A DNA stretch of 63,833 bases, counting the filler, from Lama guanicoe (taxonomy: Eukaryota): NCBI GenBank assembly GCA_013239625.1. It is 211 parts of 211 records of this genome, joined end to end, with 100 filler letters (N's around TTAATTAATTAA, not from the genome) between each part and the next. Parts side by side here need not be neighbours in the genome. Positions count along the whole stretch, not along the records: positions 63,025 to 63,227 come from PNXV01032272.1; positions 63,328 to 63,530 come from PNXV01032273.1; positions 63,631 to 63,833 come from PNXV01032274.1; 208 more parts are not named here. The stretch is one strand, 5' to 3'. The position numbers and the translations under genes are program-made. How positions within the stretch are numbered: position 1 is the stretch's first letter; every line of letters starts with the position of its first letter. Positions 62,925 to 63,833 of the stretch are shown here, one piece after another. The notes beneath the pieces were generated by a model that worked only from the letters and a program-made list of their open reading frames with translations, searched no databases and was not told the origin of the DNA.

Positions 62925-63630
62925 NNNNNNNNNNNNNNNNNNNNNNNNNNNNNNNNNNNNNNNNNNNNTTAATTAATTAANNNNNNNNNNNNNNNNNNNN
63001 NNNNNNNNNNNNNNNNNNNNNNNNTGAATCAGATACTATAATTCCTGGAGGGCAGCAAGATGACTGGCAGAAAACTCCTTCTACCCTTTTCCAGAGGTAA
63101 AGAGGTATGAGGGGTAAACAGTGCACTTGTGATTCACCTCCACCTGCTACCTGTCATCTCCTGGGTCCGAGTCAGCGCTGACTCCCAGGATATCCCTAAC
63201 CTGCAGGTTGGCACAGGTATCAAGGTANNNNNNNNNNNNNNNNNNNNNNNNNNNNNNNNNNNNNNNNNNNNTTAATTAATTAANNNNNNNNNNNNNNNNN
63301 NNNNNNNNNNNNNNNNNNNNNNNNNNNCAGCATACGCAGGGAGTTCTGAGTGGGGCAAGCACACTCTCTTGCTGCTAAAGTCAAAACTGTTTCAACAGCA
63401 CCTGGGGCCACAAAGGAAGCGCTGAGCTTCACGCTGGTGTTTAGAAGAGATGGCATGAAGACGCCTACAAACAAATGTCCAGTTTCTGATCTTCACCTTT
63501 GGCTTCTACGTTGCTGGCTGGCCATTGGCANNNNNNNNNNNNNNNNNNNNNNNNNNNNNNNNNNNNNNNNNNNNTTAATTAATTAANNNNNNNNNNNNNN
63601 NNNNNNNNNNNNNNNNNNNNNNNNNNNNNN

Positions 63631-63833
63631 TATATCCAGAAGGAACCCTACTTCAAAAAGACACCTGCACCCTAATGTTTGTAGCAGCACTATTTACAAT
63701 GGCCACGACATGGAAACAACCTAAATGTCCATCAACTGATGAGTGGATAAAGAAGAAGTGGTGTATTTGTACAATGGAATTCTATTCAGCCATAAAAAAT
63801 GACAACATAACACCATTTGCAGCAACATGATGT
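63631..63833 (+). mobile_element. LINE-1 ORF2 C-terminal fragment
   Basis: IYPEGTLLQKDTCTLMFVAALFTMATTWKQPKCPSTDEWIKKKWCICTMEFYSAIKNDNITPFAAT*. Confidence 0.95.

Overview
This window is not contiguous genomic DNA. It is an artificial concatenation of 211 unrelated contigs, each exactly 203 bp, joined by 210 identical 100-bp linkers (N44-TTAATTAATTAA-N44). The period is 303 bp and 210x303+203=63833. The 12-mer is palindromic and places a TAA stop in all six frames, so nearly every ORF in the supplied track is an artefact running through Ns into the linker. The 42,833 real bases are mammalian. They contain many LINE-1 pieces (5' end, ORF1, ORF2, 3' UTR), L2, MIR, MaLR/ERV LTRs, Tigger/MER/MADE DNA-transposon remnants, several CpG-island-like fragments and one intronless beta-actin (ACTB) retrocopy fragment. 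The L1 3' tails and the absence of recognisable Alu, B1/B2, Bov-A/tA or PRE-1 SINEs suggest a cetartiodactyl, possibly a camelid (inference from recalled repeat consensus, not a database search). Three near-identical contig pairs have differences at position 50 from their ends, the signature of de Bruijn graph bubbles with a 49-base overlap. I found no evidence for a new biological system, and adjacency between fragments carries no biological meaning. Repeat family names are from recognition and need RepeatMasker/Dfam confirmation.
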